50,851 nt of DNA. Source: Nemertoderma westbladi (lineage: Eukaryota > Animalia > Xenacoelomorpha). Shown one piece after another: positions 48,452-50,851 of this stretch. The stretch covers positions 1-50,851 of the forward strand of contig JAUCBJ010005619.1 of NCBI GenBank assembly GCA_032718475.1, written 5' to 3'. Position numbers and translations under genes: made by a program. The notes beneath the pieces are model-generated. The model ran no database searches. It was not told the DNA's origin and was given only the letters and a program-made list of their open reading frames with translations. The first letter of the stretch is position 1. Each line of letters opens with the position of its first letter.

Positions 48452-49422
48452 CTATAGGTAGCAGCCAAGAGAGTGGATCCTTCTGGTTGCCTCTAATGAC
48501 TATAAGTATGACAATGACAAAAGATAATGCGTTAGGTATTTTGTATAATTTCCATTGATTGTTAAATAATATTTTAAAAATGCTCCCAATTACATTGGGG
48601 ACACTGGGAGTTAGAAGGTTTATTTAATGGAACTTATTTAATGGAATTTAATTAAACCGGAGTATAGTGTCGTAAATCGTGAGGACATTTAATGTTTAGA
48701 TATGTAGCCCTCTATCTGGAGACTATTAAAGTGATGGTGTCTAAAAAATCAAGTTTCGGTCCTATTGATGCCCTAACAGTCTCAGTTCGCTATGGCTACC
48801 AACTTCGTGGCTCGCCCCGCTAGAGAGAACGAGGTACTATTGTGCTGTTCAAAAAATATCCCTTTTATATACAAATTAGTTTTGTAACTTTTCTCTGTGT
48901 GCCGTTACAAATGCTGTTCTGTGATTACTGCATCTTCACTCAACGTACGTGCGTTCCCCGAATGGGTCTCATTCGCGTTGCTGCTACCATAAAGTTAGAT
49001 TATGAATTATTGTTGAAGATTATTGAAGATTATGCAGTTCAGTGAGTAATTTTAAATCTTCAAAACAAGCCCCCACCATCCCCCCCCCCACCCCCCATCC
49101 CCACCCAACCCAATCGTACCAGCTAACAACAGCAATATATTCCTGCAACATTCCTCATCCCAACATTCACCTCGACGATTACTTCCAGCTGTTTTAGTTA
49201 TGGCTTTGGTCCTTTGGATAACATTCTAATTGGTTGAATTGAAATTAACATGGGTGTAAAAATTTTATTTGATTATTAACATAAAAAAGTCCGAACTGTA
49301 GTTACATTGTTCGTATGTAAATCTTGTTTTTATATATTGTATAGGGGCCTATTATTGTATTGCTGTCCAATATTTGTTTGTATTTATTATCCCATGTTTA
49401 TTTGTAATACGGCTGTCGCGTC

Positions 49423-50851
49423 CCACAAAGTTTAACCGCTATGCGCTATCCCTTATAGTATAACCGTTGTCCCATGTAGTTTAACCACTGTCCAATGTTT
49501 GTGTAACCAAACCGTTGTCCCATGTAGTTTATTCAAAGTCCCATGTATGTGTAAGCGTTGTCAAATGTTTGTGTAACCGAACCATTGTCCCATGTAGTTT
49601 ATCCAAAGTCCCATGTATGTGTAACCGTTGTCCAATGTTAGTGTAACCGACCCGTTTACCCATGTAGTTTAACCACTGTCCCATGTTTGTGTAACCCTAC
49701 CGTTGTCCCATGTTTGTAAACCGACCCGTTGTCCCATGTAGTTTAACCACTGTCCCATATTTGTGTAACCGAACCGTTGTCCCATTTAGTTTAACCACTG
49801 TCCCATGTTTGTGTAACCGAACCGTTGTCCCATGTTTGTGAACCGACCCGTTGTCCCATGTAGTTTAACCACTGTCCCATATTTGTGTAACCGAACCGTT
49901 GTCCCATTTAGTTTAACCACTGTCCCATGTTTGTGTAACCGAACCGTTGACCCATTTAGTTTAACCACAGTCACATGTTTGTGAACCGACCCGTTATCCC
50001 ATGTAGTTTAACCACTATCCCATGTTTGGGTAACCGAGCCTTTGTCCCATGTAGTTTATCAAAAGTCCCATGTTTGTGTAACCGTTGTCCCATTTAGTTT
50101 AACCACTGTCCCATGTTTGTGAACCGACCCGTTGTCCCATGTAGTTTAACCACTCCCATGTTTGGGTAACCGAGCCGTTGTCCCATGTAGTTTATCCAAA
50201 GTCCCATGTTTGCGTAACCGTTGTCCCATGTTGTTTAACCACTGTCCCATGTTTATGTCACCGAAACATTGTGCCATGTAGTCTAATCACTGTCCCATGT
50301 TTGTGTAACCGAACCATTGTCCCATGTAGACTAACCACTGTCCCATGTTTGTGTAACCATTGTCCCATGTAGTTTAACCACTGTCCCATCTTTGTGTAAC
50401 CATTGTCCCATGTAGTTTAACCACTGTCCCATGTTTGTGTAACTATTGTCCCATGTAGTTTAACCACTGTCCCATGATTGTGTAACCATTGTCCCATGTA
50501 GTTTAACCACTGTCCCATGTTTATGTAACCGAACCGTTGTCCCGTGTAGTCTAACCACTGTCCCATGTTTGTGTAACCATTGTCCCATGTAGTTTAACCA
50601 CTGTCACATGTGTATGTAACCGAACCATTGTCCCATGTAGTCTAACCACTGTCCCGTGTTTGTGTAACCATTGTCTCATGTGGTTTAACCACTGTCTCAT
50701 GTTTGTGTAACCATTGTCCCATGTAGTTTAACCACTGTCCCATGTTTGTGTAACCAGTGTCTCATGTAGTTTAACCACTGTCCGATGTGTGTGTAACCGA
50801 ACCATTGTCCCATGTAGTCAAACCACTGTCCCATGTTTGTGTAACCATTGT
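49423..50851. repeat. Satellite array of ~42-47-bp units made of two GTCCCATG subunits; runs off the end of the window
   Basis: AACC(G/A)TTGTCCCATGTAGTTTAACCACTGTCCCATGTTTGTGT repeated, with an optional AACCG pentamer. Confidence 0.97.

Overview
AT-rich animal (probably invertebrate) genomic DNA made up mostly of transposable elements and repeats, with three host-type genes: an intronless sterol O-acyltransferase (29776-31356, -), an intronless STAR/KH RNA-binding protein (43813-44733, +) and a spliced SDR oxidoreductase that appears to lack an internal exon (10830-13269, +). The most interesting element is a nearly intact CRE-like non-LTR retrotransposon (about 5570-10230, -). Its single ancestral ORF of about 1300 aa reads Ulp1/SENP protease - zinc finger - RT - restriction-like endonuclease, interrupted by one nonsense codon and a net one-frame shift. 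Also present are an 11.3-kb Polinton/Maverick relic (15693-26989; AGTAGT termini, ~560-bp TIRs, TATCTT TSD) with no visible core genes, a triple nest of DNA transposons (37573-42056) holding a core-deleted but open piggyBac ORF, and a Penelope relic with a minimal hammerhead-like motif. The rest includes tRNA-derived SINEs, MITEs, several mini/satellites and many TACTGTA/TACCGGTA/TAGGCCTA micro-insertions that look like Tc1/mariner excision footprints. All calls come from reading motifs by eye; no database searches were run.
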